A stretch of DNA of 64,000 nucleotides, taken from the NCBI GenBank assembly GCA_041690295.1, contig JAWLHR010000011.1:36796-100795 (forward strand). The letters run 5' to 3'. The first letter of the stretch is position 1. Each line of letters begins with the position of its first letter. The notes beneath the pieces are model-generated. The model saw nothing but the letters and a program-made list of their open reading frames with translations. It did not search any database and was not told the DNA's origin. The DNA comes from Bdellovibrionales bacterium. Its GTDB lineage: Bacteria > Bdellovibrionota > Bdellovibrionia > Bdellovibrionales > UBA1609. Positions 1 to 9,515 of this stretch are shown in pieces. Position numbers and translations under genes: made by a program.

Positions 1-567
1 GAGCGCATCCAGCGCGTCGTCTTGATCGGCGATTTCCAAATCATCGATGTCTAAATTGCTGGCCGTGGTATTGGCGTCCAGACGAAACTTAATCACATTG
101 TCTTCGCCTTTATAAGCGCCGACCTGGAATTCGAAATTCTCGCCTGAACCGGTAAGCATCTGTTTATTTCCGTAGCGGGTGGTTTTGGCGATTCGGTCGA
201 ATTCCGCCACTAATTGGGTGAATTCATCGTTAAGGAACTCTCGTTCTTCTTCACCCACCGTGTCCGAGGCGGAATACACCGCCAACTCACGTAAACGCAC
301 GAGAATATTGTTTTGCTCATTAAGCCCACCCTCGGCCGTTTGAATCATGCCGATGGCCGCCTCGGCGTTAAATTTCGCTTGTTTAGTACCCGCATGTTGC
401 GCGCGCAAGGATTCGGAAATGGCGAAACCCGCGGCATCATCACCGGCCTTCACAATCCGCGAACCAGAGGCAAGGGACGATAATGATTTATCGATGGTTT
501 GTTGCGCTCGATTTAAGAACCGTCCCGCTTGCATGGGGACAATGGATGAGGCAATTCGAAAAGCCAC
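1..567 (-). CDS. fliC: Flagellin, 5' part (3' end outside the window)
   Basis: Manual translation from GTG at 567 gives MAFRIASS...SLASGSRIVKAGDDAAGFAISESLRAQ, the flagellin N-terminal motif. GGAGG RBS at 576-580. Not in the ORF track because it is truncated. Confidence 0.93.
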   Translation of the reverse strand, partial: MAFRIASSIVPMQAGRFLNRAQQTIDKSLSSLASGSRIVKAGDDAAGFAISESLRAQHAGTKQAKFNAEAAIGMIQTAEGGLNEQNNILVRLRELAVYSASDTVGEEEREFLNDEFTQLVAEFDRIAKTTRYGNKQMLTGSGENFEFQVGAYKGEDNVIKFRLDANTTASNLDIDDLEIADQDDALDAL

Positions 568-676
568 GTGGGCACCCTCCTTCTCCCTGTTCCAAAGCCA
601 TGACCCCCGCCCAGCTTTGAATCAGAAAGTTTTAGCGCCCACAGACTTAAAAGGTTCATTTCAGCAGTTATGGAGC

Positions 677-703
677 TTATCGACGCATCGAGTTATAACT
701 TTA
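677..703 (-). promoter_or_regulatory. sigma28 (FliA) promoter of flagellin
   Basis: Minus strand TAAA-N15-GTCGATAA versus consensus TAAA-N15-GCCGATAA, upstream of flagellin. Confidence 0.85.
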
Positions 704-737
704 GGATTTTTTTATGCGCCACGTTAATTTTATGGAA

Positions 738-1049
738 TTAGGCATAAATATCTAATACTTGGCCACTGTCATCGAGCCTTTTCAGGTTCTCTTGAGCCCG
801 CAGATAGGGGTGCGTGATTGGCTGGAACTTCGACACCCTCGGACGGTTTTTCTGCTCTTTTTCTTTGCTTTCTTTATGGATGAATCGTGCGAAACGAAGA
901 AGCGCGTTCTGCGTTTCTTCGTCCAATGTTAACTGAGGTTGCTGCGGTGACGCCGCCGGTTCCACCTCTTTAGGTACAACCTTTAGCTTTTCACCTCTCT
1001 CCAGCTGCTGACCCGATGTCCTTATTAGATCGGCGCCTGAGTAAAGCAT
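738..1049 (-). CDS. Hypothetical protein, possibly flagellum-associated
   Basis: 103-aa ORF co-oriented upstream of flagellin; C-terminal GQVLDIYA resembles tails of small motility-linked proteins. Confidence 0.6.
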   Translation of the reverse strand: MLYSGADLIRTSGQQLERGEKLKVVPKEVEPAASPQQPQLTLDEETQNALLRFARFIHKESKEKEQKNRPRVSKFQPITHPYLRAQENLKRLDDSGQVLDIYA

Positions 1050-1193
1050 TACTACCAGCCTAGCAGGACTTTGGGTCAGTGACCGGGAAATTTTATGGAA
1101 CGCGTTAGAGCCGTAAAATTACATCAGAAATCTGTATCAAAATAAAACATGGCCCTTCATTGCGCGCTCACTCGCCTTCGATAGAATGAGCGG

Positions 1194-2222
1194 ATGAAAA
1201 GCGCCCGCTTGCCGGTGATCGATCTGATACGGCTGTTTTCCTTTCTTGCGATCATCATCTTTCACACCAGCTTCACACTTTGGCCGGCGGCTCAATTTGA
1301 TAGGGTGCCGGAGCCGAGCCTCTGGATCACACCACTGGAAACTTACGCGCGCGCCCTGAGTTTCAGCGGATTCACGGTTATTTTTCTTTCTTTTTTTCTG
1401 TTCGGCTTCAAAGCGGAATTGAAACAAAATTGGTTTAGACTATGGCTCTTGATGCTGGCCTTTTTCGCCCTGTGGAGATTGGGCGGCGATGACTTTCCTT
1501 ATATATGGGACATTTACCCCTACTTGCTCGTGGTGGTCGCGCTCTCAGCCCTCCTTCGCAATTGGCCGGGTTGGTTGCTGGCCATCCTGGGTGGAATTTT
1601 GACCAGTATTCCGTTTTGGCATTTCGAACCGCGACTGCAGCTGGTCGACTGGTTGAGCGGCCCGATTTTCGGAAACTGTCATCTCAACGATCTTGACGGT
1701 GATGAGTGGCCGCTTTTGCCCTGGATCGGTTACCCGATTTTCGCTTTCGGGATGGGGCGCTTGGCGCGGAAATACGAAAACAAATTAAAATCCATGTCTT
1801 TTGGCGAAATCGTATTTTGGTCGGCGGCATTGGGAATAAGCCTGAATCAAATCGGAGAATATTATGCGACTCCACTGGGCTATCGGTTCGGATGTTTTAT
1901 CTTTCGCCGGCCGCCTCTAACGTTCTGGTCGCATCAAATCTGGATTATTTTTCTCGTCCGCCTGGGTTATACACGCGTGGTCAATACCTGGCTAACTCGC
2001 AACCGCTTGGTGACTTGGATCACACAGCGCCCGGTGAATCGGAAATTTTATTTGGCGTACTTTCTACATTACCCTTTTTGTCTGGTTTGGGCGGCGGGCG
2101 CATCGCATTTGAATCTGAACTTGCAACCATGGGTCTTCGCGGCCGGCGTGTTCGCTTGTGTCATCTGGGTTGAGTATTCAACGGTTGTCTTAAGTCGAAT
2201 ACTTCTAAATAATAAAAAATAG
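1194..2222 (+). CDS. DUF1624/HGSNAT-like membrane acyltransferase
   Basis: Polytopic; N-terminal RLPVIDLIRLFSFLAIIIFH and internal WPLLPWIGY motifs. Confidence 0.65.
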   Translation: MKSARLPVIDLIRLFSFLAIIIFHTSFTLWPAAQFDRVPEPSLWITPLETYARALSFSGFTVIFLSFFLFGFKAELKQNWFRLWLLMLAFFALWRLGGDDFPYIWDIYPYLLVVVALSALLRNWPGWLLAILGGILTSIPFWHFEPRLQLVDWLSGPIFGNCHLNDLDGDEWPLLPWIGYPIFAFGMGRLARKYENKLKSMSFGEIVFWSAALGISLNQIGEYYATPLGYRFGCFIFRRPPLTFWSHQIWIIFLVRLGYTRVVNTWLTRNRLVTWITQRPVNRKFYLAYFLHYPFCLVWAAGASHLNLNLQPWVFAAGVFACVIWVEYSTVVLSRILLNNKK

Positions 2223-2386
2223 CGGATATAAGAGAGTGCTCGTGAAAAAAGCCCGCGAATCACGGGCGTATTCAAGTGCACGCGACAGCTTCGATGTTCT
2301 TATTCTCATGTTCCTTCTGGCCTGCCTGGCGCTCTCGAATAGCTTGAGAACTTAAAAAATTTGCGAAACAAGGGTCAGCGTCCATC

Positions 2387-3349
2387 GTGAACTTGAGGCA
2401 TGGTCACTCCGGAATGAGCTTGGTTGAAGTCATGGTGGCAACGGGCATATTGTCAGTGGTCATCTATGCCGTGATGTCATCACTCGATCTGGCCCACAGA
2501 TTAATCAAAGGTTCCGCCGAATCTTTGGAACTTTCAGCCCTACAAAACGAAATCGCGCAAAACATGCAAAACAGTTTCGCGCTCGGCGCGGGATATAGCA
2601 GTTCCAACGCCAATGTCATTGACCCTAACTCGACGGCTCCACAGGACATCACGATTTTTGATGCCACGAGCGGAACCATCCCCGCTTACACCGCGTTCAG
2701 CGGCCCGGATCCCGCCGCCGCTCCCGAGACCGCGCGATACAACCAGTATGTGTTCCGGTCGATCCGATTGCGAAAGAAAGATAACGTACCCGGTGCCGGC
2801 GACGTTGGACCGCCACAGGTGGTTTTTGATCCAGCGGGAGTTCAACTCGAGCGGCGCGCGTTAATGATGGATTTGGAACTGGAACTGACTCGGATCGTGA
2901 AGGGTCCCTCGCAAACTCCCGGCTCGATCGTGCGTGTGATTCCGGTTTCCGTACTGGTGGAACGTCGATTTGGTTCCGGAGCCAGCTGGAAAGTCGCCAA
3001 GGTGGGTTCCACGGAAGGTCTCTCGTTCAACATCGGATGGCGTACGACCACGGAAGGCTCGGATTGCAGAGTCGTTGATTCCCGAGGACGAACGATACGA
3101 CCAACGGGGGCCGTGGGATCCGCGCGGGTGTACGGACCCGACGGACGGCGATTGTCTGATTACTGGGTCGGAGAGGATGGCGGAGCAATGACCTGCCCCG
3201 CGGGATCGTTCATGACGTCACAGGGAATTCATTATCAGGACGACGAAGAAGTGATTTGCGAGAAGTGCGGCAAACGGTGCACGAATTGTTATACCGTACC
3301 CGTTCGCCAATCGATTCCAACGATTAAATGTTGCAAGGTGCGGATGTGA
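2387..3349 (+). CDS. Type IV pilin-like protein with Cys-rich C-terminus
   Basis: Class III signal G|MSLVEVMVA followed by a hydrophobic helix; C-terminal CPAGS...IKCCK. Confidence 0.85.
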   Translation: MNLRHGHSGMSLVEVMVATGILSVVIYAVMSSLDLAHRLIKGSAESLELSALQNEIAQNMQNSFALGAGYSSSNANVIDPNSTAPQDITIFDATSGTIPAYTAFSGPDPAAAPETARYNQYVFRSIRLRKKDNVPGAGDVGPPQVVFDPAGVQLERRALMMDLELELTRIVKGPSQTPGSIVRVIPVSVLVERRFGSGASWKVAKVGSTEGLSFNIGWRTTTEGSDCRVVDSRGRTIRPTGAVGSARVYGPDGRRLSDYWVGEDGGAMTCPAGSFMTSQGIHYQDDEEVICEKCGKRCTNCYTVPVRQSIPTIKCCKVRM

Positions 3350-4299
3350 CAACGAATCAATCAAGTGGATTTTCCTTGATGGAAGTGGTCGTGGCCGTGG
3401 GAGTCGGGGTCTTGGTGTCCTTGGGCGTGGGCCAACTTCTTATCCAGATGCAAAGATCTTCGATTCGCTTCGATAAGCTGGCGGACGCCAACGAATTCTT
3501 GGCTCATCTCACCAGTCTCATCAATAATCCCCAACAATGTGAGTATGCGATCGGACATGGCTACAGTCCGTTCAAGATCACCTATGGCCCGCTGGGCAGC
3601 CAGTCTTCCATGAATCTTCAAGGTTTGACGTTCAACCCTGATCAGCGAGTGGGCTCCAATCAACCGGCGCCCCAAGATATTGTGATTCGCGATCCGAACA
3701 ATCCGACCCGCAATCTCTACGAACCCGGAGTTAACATTTCACCGAGACTCCAGCTGGGCTCAATGACGCTCACCATGACCCAAGAAATCACCACCGCCAC
3801 TTACAGTGCCGGTTTTGGAACTATACGAAAGGGCGAAAAAACACAGTACGATGCCACCCATCCGGTTGTCCGCCGCCTGATCGCCGTGGTGTTGCGGGTG
3901 ACACTCAACGATACGAGCACGGCCGAACAAGTGTCATTAAATGACCGAGTCATTCCCCTTGTCGTGGAAGTGGAAACTCCGTTTCCGGTGAACCCCGCCA
4001 GCAATCCCTGGCGGATCGCCCGCTGTGCCGCGAGCCAGTCGAGCTCTGAAAACTTCGGCTGGTCCAACGATCTGACGACGGGACCCAATCCCACATGCAT
4101 TGATGTGGTCGGCCAACCCAATTCCATCGTGGATTGTCCTGAGGGCACCTACATCGTGAAACAGAGTTTCCAGATTAACGGCCCGGTAACGACCGCCGTT
4201 TACCCGGCCTTGTGCACTAAACGTGGGTGCTCCGGCGAAGTCCAGGCTTATGTGACGACAGCCACGCCGACAATCACCTGTTGCCCGGCCGTGAGGTGA
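3346..4299 (+). CDS. Type IV pilin-like protein with Cys-rich C-terminus
   Basis: G|FSLMEVVVAV prepilin motif; GTG start overlaps the upstream TGA; C-terminal CPEGT...ITCCP. Confidence 0.85.
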   Translation: MTTNQSSGFSLMEVVVAVGVGVLVSLGVGQLLIQMQRSSIRFDKLADANEFLAHLTSLINNPQQCEYAIGHGYSPFKITYGPLGSQSSMNLQGLTFNPDQRVGSNQPAPQDIVIRDPNNPTRNLYEPGVNISPRLQLGSMTLTMTQEITTATYSAGFGTIRKGEKTQYDATHPVVRRLIAVVLRVTLNDTSTAEQVSLNDRVIPLVVEVETPFPVNPASNPWRIARCAASQSSSENFGWSNDLTTGPNPTCIDVVGQPNSIVDCPEGTYIVKQSFQINGPVTTAVYPALCTKRGCSGEVQAYVTTATPTITCCPAVR

Positions 4300-4303
4300 T
4301 GAG

Positions 4304-4999
4304 ATGATTTTTCGCTTCTTGATCGTCATGATCGCCATGGCCTGCATGATCTATGAATTGATTCTAGCGCAAATGTTCTCGGCACTATTGGGTAACACGC
4401 TTTTACGATATTCGTTGACGATCGGAATCTATTTGGCCGCTCTCGGCACGGGTTCACTTTTGGTCAAGCCGGGCCCGTCCCCAGCGATCCGCGCGCGATT
4501 GTTCAAAATTGAAACCATGCTTTTGATTTTCGGCGCGCTCAGCCCTTTGCTCGCGCTCGGTGGAGAGTGGTTCCTACGCCAGTTGATTGATCCCACCACA
4601 CCCGCGTTCCTTTATTGCGCCTATTTCTACTCGGCGCTTCTGATTTTCGTCGTGGGCGTTTTCGCCGGAATGGAACTGCCGCTGCTCATGCACTGGGGCG
4701 AATCGGAATTCAAAATTCCTTCCGGACAGGTCTTGTTTTTTGATTATTTCGGCACGCTACTGGGAGTTTTGGTTTTTATTTACCTATTGCTGCCGCACAC
4801 GGGAATCATGCTCGCGTCAGGTATCTGCGGCTTGGTCAATGGCTTGGCCGCCGTCGTGACCTTCTCCTATCCCCGACCGATCTCGTTCACTCCCAAATGG
4901 TGGGGAATCTTCACCACGACCTCTTTGATTGTCTTATTCACGGTGATCTTTCACAGCCGAACATGGACATTTTTCGAGGGTATCTATTTTGGAAGCTAA
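4304..4999 (+). CDS. Stand-alone membrane domain of the membrane-bound SpeE family
   Basis: IYELILAQ, YSLTIGIYLAALGTGS, GMELPLL and VLFFDYFG match the N-terminal TM region of membrane polyamine aminopropyltransferases; no catalytic domain. Confidence 0.75.
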   Translation: MIFRFLIVMIAMACMIYELILAQMFSALLGNTLLRYSLTIGIYLAALGTGSLLVKPGPSPAIRARLFKIETMLLIFGALSPLLALGGEWFLRQLIDPTTPAFLYCAYFYSALLIFVVGVFAGMELPLLMHWGESEFKIPSGQVLFFDYFGTLLGVLVFIYLLLPHTGIMLASGICGLVNGLAAVVTFSYPRPISFTPKWWGIFTTTSLIVLFTVIFHSRTWTFFEGIYFGS

Positions 5000-6602
5000 A
5001 CCCATCACGCTGGCCCTCGTGGCCGTCGTCAGTTCAGCTTGCGGTTTGCTGTACCAGCAGCTGATGGTGAAAAATCTCACCGGCGTGGTCAGCGACGTTT
5101 TGCTCGTCCAAACGATCAGTTTGGTGATCTATCTTGGCGCTCTCGGTGTCGGCTCCCTCATCGCCGATCACTTCAGCCATCATGCGATCCTGCGCAAAGT
5201 CGCGATCATTGAATTGATTCTCGCGTTCGTCGGCGTCTTGATTGGACCTTTGATCCATGCGGCCTATTTTATCTGCAAGTTTTTTCTGCATGAAATCGGC
5301 GGCGATATGGCCGCGGCCGCGGATCGCTCACGACTTCTATTTTTGTTCGCCAACCAATATCTAACGGTCATTCTCGGTTTCTGCACTGGATTTGAATTCT
5401 CCGCGCTGATTCATGCCGCCCGCCGGGTGAATGAAAAAGCGCAGAACTGGATCATCGCCGCCAATAACCTGGGAGCGCTTCTCGCCTGCTTGACCTTCGC
5501 CATTGTCTTCGGCGCCATCTCCCCGACACTGGCCGCTTGGGCGGTGGCGCTTGTGAATTTCTGTGTGGCCTTGCTCTTAATCCGCATGACATCGTCCAAG
5601 CTTTCTTGGCGCTGGCTGTGGCTCAGCGCCGTGGGAACGTCCGGCTTGGCGCTGATCGTGTTTTTAATTCCCAATCTCCAGCGCTTGGAACAATTTTATC
5701 TCAAAAGTCTATACTCCCCGCCGCGACGTTTGAGTTCACCGCGCGCCACCCTTGATTTCATCCGACACGAACTCCTCCCGAAACCCGATGTCATCCGCAT
5801 TTACACCTCCTATCAAACGGCTGACTTCGTGACCGACTCAACCGGCGGTTTGACCATGTTCCTCGACAATCAGGCGCAATTGAGCGCCGCCTGGAACAAA
5901 ATTTACCATGAAAGCCTGGTACATATGCCGATTCAATTCTTCGGCCAGGTGCCACGCCGAGTGCTGATCCTCGGTGGAGGCGATGGCATCGCCGCGCGCG
6001 AACTCCTGCGCTACGGTGATCGCATTGAAAATATTGATCTGGTTGAACTTGATCCAACCATCATTCAGCTGGCCAAAGAAAACCAATACTTTCTCAACCT
6101 CAATGAAGGCGCATTGACTCATCCGAAAGTCACCATTCACCTTCAAGACGCGATCGCTTTTCTGCGCTTTACGTCAGGTCGGTGGGATGCCATTTACGCG
6201 GATTTCCCGCTGCCGTTTGATTACGATCTGCTGAAACTCTTCAGCGTGGAATTTTATAAGCTGGTGGCGATGCGCCTCGCGCCGGGTGGAACGTTAACTT
6301 TGGATTCGGGTATTTTGAATCGCGTGCCCGATGAATGGAACGGAATCTTGCTTGAGACATTGAAAGCCGCCGGTTTTCAAACCCGCGCACCTTATCTGGG
6401 CAACGAAGTTTTCGTCACCGCCAGGCTCGACCTGAAACAACCCCAGACGAATTTCAAAGATTGGGGAATAAACTTTGACTATTTAAACGCGAATCGTTTG
6501 GCGAAAGCGTTGGTGGTGGACCTACATCATGAAAACCAAGCTTCCAGGGTGAACAGTATTTTTCGTCCAATGCGGAGGGCACTGCGTGATTTTGACTTCT
6601 AA
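4989..6602 (+). CDS. Membrane-anchored spermidine synthase-like (aminopropyltransferase fold) protein
   Basis: TM N-terminus followed by YHESLVH, VLILGGGDG, VELDP, QDAIAFL and LFSVEFY. Confidence 0.85.
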   Translation: MEAKPITLALVAVVSSACGLLYQQLMVKNLTGVVSDVLLVQTISLVIYLGALGVGSLIADHFSHHAILRKVAIIELILAFVGVLIGPLIHAAYFICKFFLHEIGGDMAAAADRSRLLFLFANQYLTVILGFCTGFEFSALIHAARRVNEKAQNWIIAANNLGALLACLTFAIVFGAISPTLAAWAVALVNFCVALLLIRMTSSKLSWRWLWLSAVGTSGLALIVFLIPNLQRLEQFYLKSLYSPPRRLSSPRATLDFIRHELLPKPDVIRIYTSYQTADFVTDSTGGLTMFLDNQAQLSAAWNKIYHESLVHMPIQFFGQVPRRVLILGGGDGIAARELLRYGDRIENIDLVELDPTIIQLAKENQYFLNLNEGALTHPKVTIHLQDAIAFLRFTSGRWDAIYADFPLPFDYDLLKLFSVEFYKLVAMRLAPGGTLTLDSGILNRVPDEWNGILLETLKAAGFQTRAPYLGNEVFVTARLDLKQPQTNFKDWGINFDYLNANRLAKALVVDLHHENQASRVNSIFRPMRRALRDFDF

Positions 6603-7362
6603 AAGAATTCCGTTTCACAATTTTTTAATGCACTCCATGGCGTTAAGTCTGATTTTGCTTTTAGTCATGGGGTGCGAGAAAAAAACCGTAACGCCGCCAC
6701 CTTCCAAATCGGCCTCGCGGACCACGCCGGACCAAACCCATCCGCCGCCACTGGCTTCGCGTCTTCCTCGCCAGTACGTGCCGTGGAATCCCCAACAAGT
6801 CATCAGCGCTCAGCCGGTGGCTCGTCTGTTCGTGGACAGCAGCCCAACTCAAATCAAGGTGGGATATCCGTTCACCATTAAACTCAGGGCCATCGATGCC
6901 GTGGGCAAGCCCGTAATGAAGTCTGACGTTCCGGCGGTCCTCAGTGTTGTTGAAGGTGGTTCGCGGCTCAACCAGGGACGGACCAGTGCCATGATTAAGA
7001 ATGGTGAAATTGTGTTTACCGATGTCGTCCTGGATAAGACAGGGGGCCACGTCCTGTCGGTGGCCGTCGGCGGCACGAGCGTGACGTTGCCGAAAATCTT
7101 GTCCACGGCCGACAGGAAGGCACCCGCAACCGTGCGCATCGAGGGGCGCGCTTACCAGGCCACCTACATTCCGCCCAATAAATTCGAGGTGGACGGGGAC
7201 GTTTACGAAAACGTGCCGTTCGGCGAATCCTACGCGGTGATCGAGGGCGTTTACTACAAGGTTTTCCGCGACATTAATAACAATCTGGAAGTCCGAAGAT
7301 TGAAAGCGCCGCCCGCCAAGTTTTCGAAAAAAATCAAAGAAGAACAGGAGAAGAACAAGTGA
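6586..7362 (+). CDS. Putative lipoprotein with Ig-like beta domain
   Basis: Lipobox-like LVMGC, Pro-rich linker, beta-rich PFTIKLRAIDAVGK segment; start uncertain. Confidence 0.65.
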   Translation: MILTSKRIPFHNFLMHSMALSLILLLVMGCEKKTVTPPPSKSASRTTPDQTHPPPLASRLPRQYVPWNPQQVISAQPVARLFVDSSPTQIKVGYPFTIKLRAIDAVGKPVMKSDVPAVLSVVEGGSRLNQGRTSAMIKNGEIVFTDVVLDKTGGHVLSVAVGGTSVTLPKILSTADRKAPATVRIEGRAYQATYIPPNKFEVDGDVYENVPFGESYAVIEGVYYKVFRDINNNLEVRRLKAPPAKFSKKIKEEQEKNK

Positions 7363-8216
7363 TGAATGATTCCCGCGGCTCGATCATGGGCTACGTATTG
7401 ATCGCGATCGTGGGTACGGGCCTGATGATCCTCGCCCTGATGTCACGGGCGGATTTGATCGCCAAACAACAAGGCCATCTTAACCGGATCACCGAAGCCA
7501 CCATGTTCATGCGAGGATTGGCCAATATGCTGGATTATTCCATCGGCTGCTCCAACTCGCTTGGCTATGGCTATCACACGTCGACCAGCGCTCAATACGC
7601 GAATGAATTCAATCCCGACATCCCCAATCCCCAGAATACCAATGTGACGATTTATGACCCGGCCGGGAATCACAATGTCCTCTACCGCGCCTGGAGCGGA
7701 GATCCCACGACCGAGGAACCGCCCAAAACCGCGCTGGCGACGCCGAAACTGCTGATCCGGCAAATTGTATTGCAAAAAAATATTCCCCCCGGCGGTACGC
7801 TCGCGGACGCGGACCTGGCTTCGTTTCCAGATGTGCAGATTGAAGATTCAACATTCGATCCCAACCTCAGTGTGACCGGACTGGTGGATGTCCGTGCGGT
7901 CTCGGCTGAATTGATGATGAGTTTTGAAAATATCGGAAACGCGGAGACCTTCTTCAGTCGGAGCTTTCAACGGAAAATCGAAATCATACTTTATGTGGAA
8001 CGTCCGAAAGGCTCATCTGAACCGTGGCGGGTGGTCACCTGCACCCCCAATATGGGAGCGGTCATTCTTCCCGGATGGGTCTCAACAAATGATGTCCGAA
8101 CCCAACCGCCGCGGGAAAGGCAAACGGCATGCCCTCAGGGAAGTTATGCGGTCGGGATTCAAGCCACATCGCCGGGGCCACTTCTGCGGATCAAATGCGC
8201 GAAAATGCGGAAATGA
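7359..8216 (+). CDS. Pilin-like protein lacking Glu5 (PilX/GspK-type), paralog of the upstream pilins
   Basis: RG|SIMGYVLIAIVG followed by a hydrophobic helix; shares internal motifs and the CPQGS...IKC tail. Confidence 0.7.
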   Translation: MMNDSRGSIMGYVLIAIVGTGLMILALMSRADLIAKQQGHLNRITEATMFMRGLANMLDYSIGCSNSLGYGYHTSTSAQYANEFNPDIPNPQNTNVTIYDPAGNHNVLYRAWSGDPTTEEPPKTALATPKLLIRQIVLQKNIPPGGTLADADLASFPDVQIEDSTFDPNLSVTGLVDVRAVSAELMMSFENIGNAETFFSRSFQRKIEIILYVERPKGSSEPWRVVTCTPNMGAVILPGWVSTNDVRTQPPRERQTACPQGSYAVGIQATSPGPLLRIKCAKMRK

Positions 8217-8219
8217 GAA

Positions 8220-9431
8220 TCACGAAGTTTCGGGCATCAAACCCGGCGGCCCCTTGGGCTCATCCGCCACCTGCACCTTAATGACCTCACGTTTTCCACG
8301 CCGAAGAATTTCAAGCGCCACCCGCTCGCCGGATTTCATGCGCGTGATTTTGCGAACCAGCTTATCGGGGCCCTCCGCGGGTTCGTTATCGATCTTGGTG
8401 ATGATGTCGCCTTTTTTAATTCCCGCGCGGGCCGCGGGACTGCGGGCGATGACATTGCGAACCAGAATGCCTTGGCCTTCTTCCAATCCCAACGCTTCCT
8501 GCATCTCCTGAGGCAATGGGCTCACCACCACTCCGAGCCAGCCGCGCCGGACATAGCCCTCGCGGATCAAATCACCAATGATGGCTTTAGCGGTGTTGAC
8601 GGGAATCGCGAATCCAATGCCCTGGGCCCGGGGATCGATGGCCGTGTTGATGCCGATGACTTCGCCGTAAAGATTAAACAAAGGCCCGCCGGAATTTCCC
8701 GGATTAATGCTCGCTGAAGTTTGGATGAATTCCGTTTCCACATTTTCGATGTTTCGTCCGATCGCGCTGACAATTCCCTGAGTCACCGTGTGCGCATGAC
8801 CATAAGGATTTCCAATGGCGATCACCCACTCACCCACCCGGGCCAGATCACTATTTCCAAGTGGGGCAACTGTGAGCGGCGTTTTTGGCATTTCTTTAAG
8901 CCGGAGCAGCGCCACGTCGGTGCGGTCATCCACACCGACGATTTCCGCCGTGTAACCGCGGCCGCGTTCCTGCCGCAGGAATTTCACCGAGATCTCATAA
9001 GCATCGCGACCCATCTGCCGCACGACATGGGAATTGGTCACGATGTAACCTTTGTCATTGATCACGAAACCGGATCCCAAGGCGAGAGCATCACGGTCTC
9101 TTAAGGGCGGCCGCTCACCAAAGGGATTGCCGAAGAAAAATTCAAAGAGGTCCTCAGGCAAAGGAACGCTCGGCAGATGAACCTTGGTTTTGGTGTAGAC
9201 ATTCACCACCGATGGGGACAACCGCTCGGCCAGTGACGTGAAAACGTAATTGATGGATCCGAGATCCGACTTCGCGTCCACCTCGGGATTTTCAACGGTC
9301 CGTTGTGACTCGATCCAATACGGTTCGGCCTGACTCGGTGTCGGCCACCGCACATGAATTCCGGATAAGACCAAAACAGCGGCGGCCGCCACGACTGAGG
9401 AAAATGCGAGGACTCGGCCCGACGTTTTCAT
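8220..9431 (-). CDS. DegP/HtrA serine protease with one PDZ domain
   Basis: TNSHV, DVAL, INPGNSGGPL catalytic triad motifs; WLGV PDZ. Confidence 0.93.
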   Translation of the reverse strand: MKTSGRVLAFSSVVAAAAVLVLSGIHVRWPTPSQAEPYWIESQRTVENPEVDAKSDLGSINYVFTSLAERLSPSVVNVYTKTKVHLPSVPLPEDLFEFFFGNPFGERPPLRDRDALALGSGFVINDKGYIVTNSHVVRQMGRDAYEISVKFLRQERGRGYTAEIVGVDDRTDVALLRLKEMPKTPLTVAPLGNSDLARVGEWVIAIGNPYGHAHTVTQGIVSAIGRNIENVETEFIQTSASINPGNSGGPLFNLYGEVIGINTAIDPRAQGIGFAIPVNTAKAIIGDLIREGYVRRGWLGVVVSPLPQEMQEALGLEEGQGILVRNVIARSPAARAGIKKGDIITKIDNEPAEGPDKLVRKITRMKSGERVALEILRRGKREVIKVQVADEPKGPPGLMPETS

Positions 9432-9515
9432 TCGACCTCCAGGTGAAATGAAAATGTGGGATCAAGTCCATACCGTCAAGCCGGTGGAACGCTCGCCTTG
9501 TCACAGGCAGAATTT

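Noticed and set aside
347..727. 126-aa plus-strand ORF
   Set aside because: Antisense shadow of flagellin and its promoter
2387..8216. Shufflon or DGR diversification of the pilin tips
   Set aside because: No recombinase, reverse transcriptase, inversion sites or template repeat was seen
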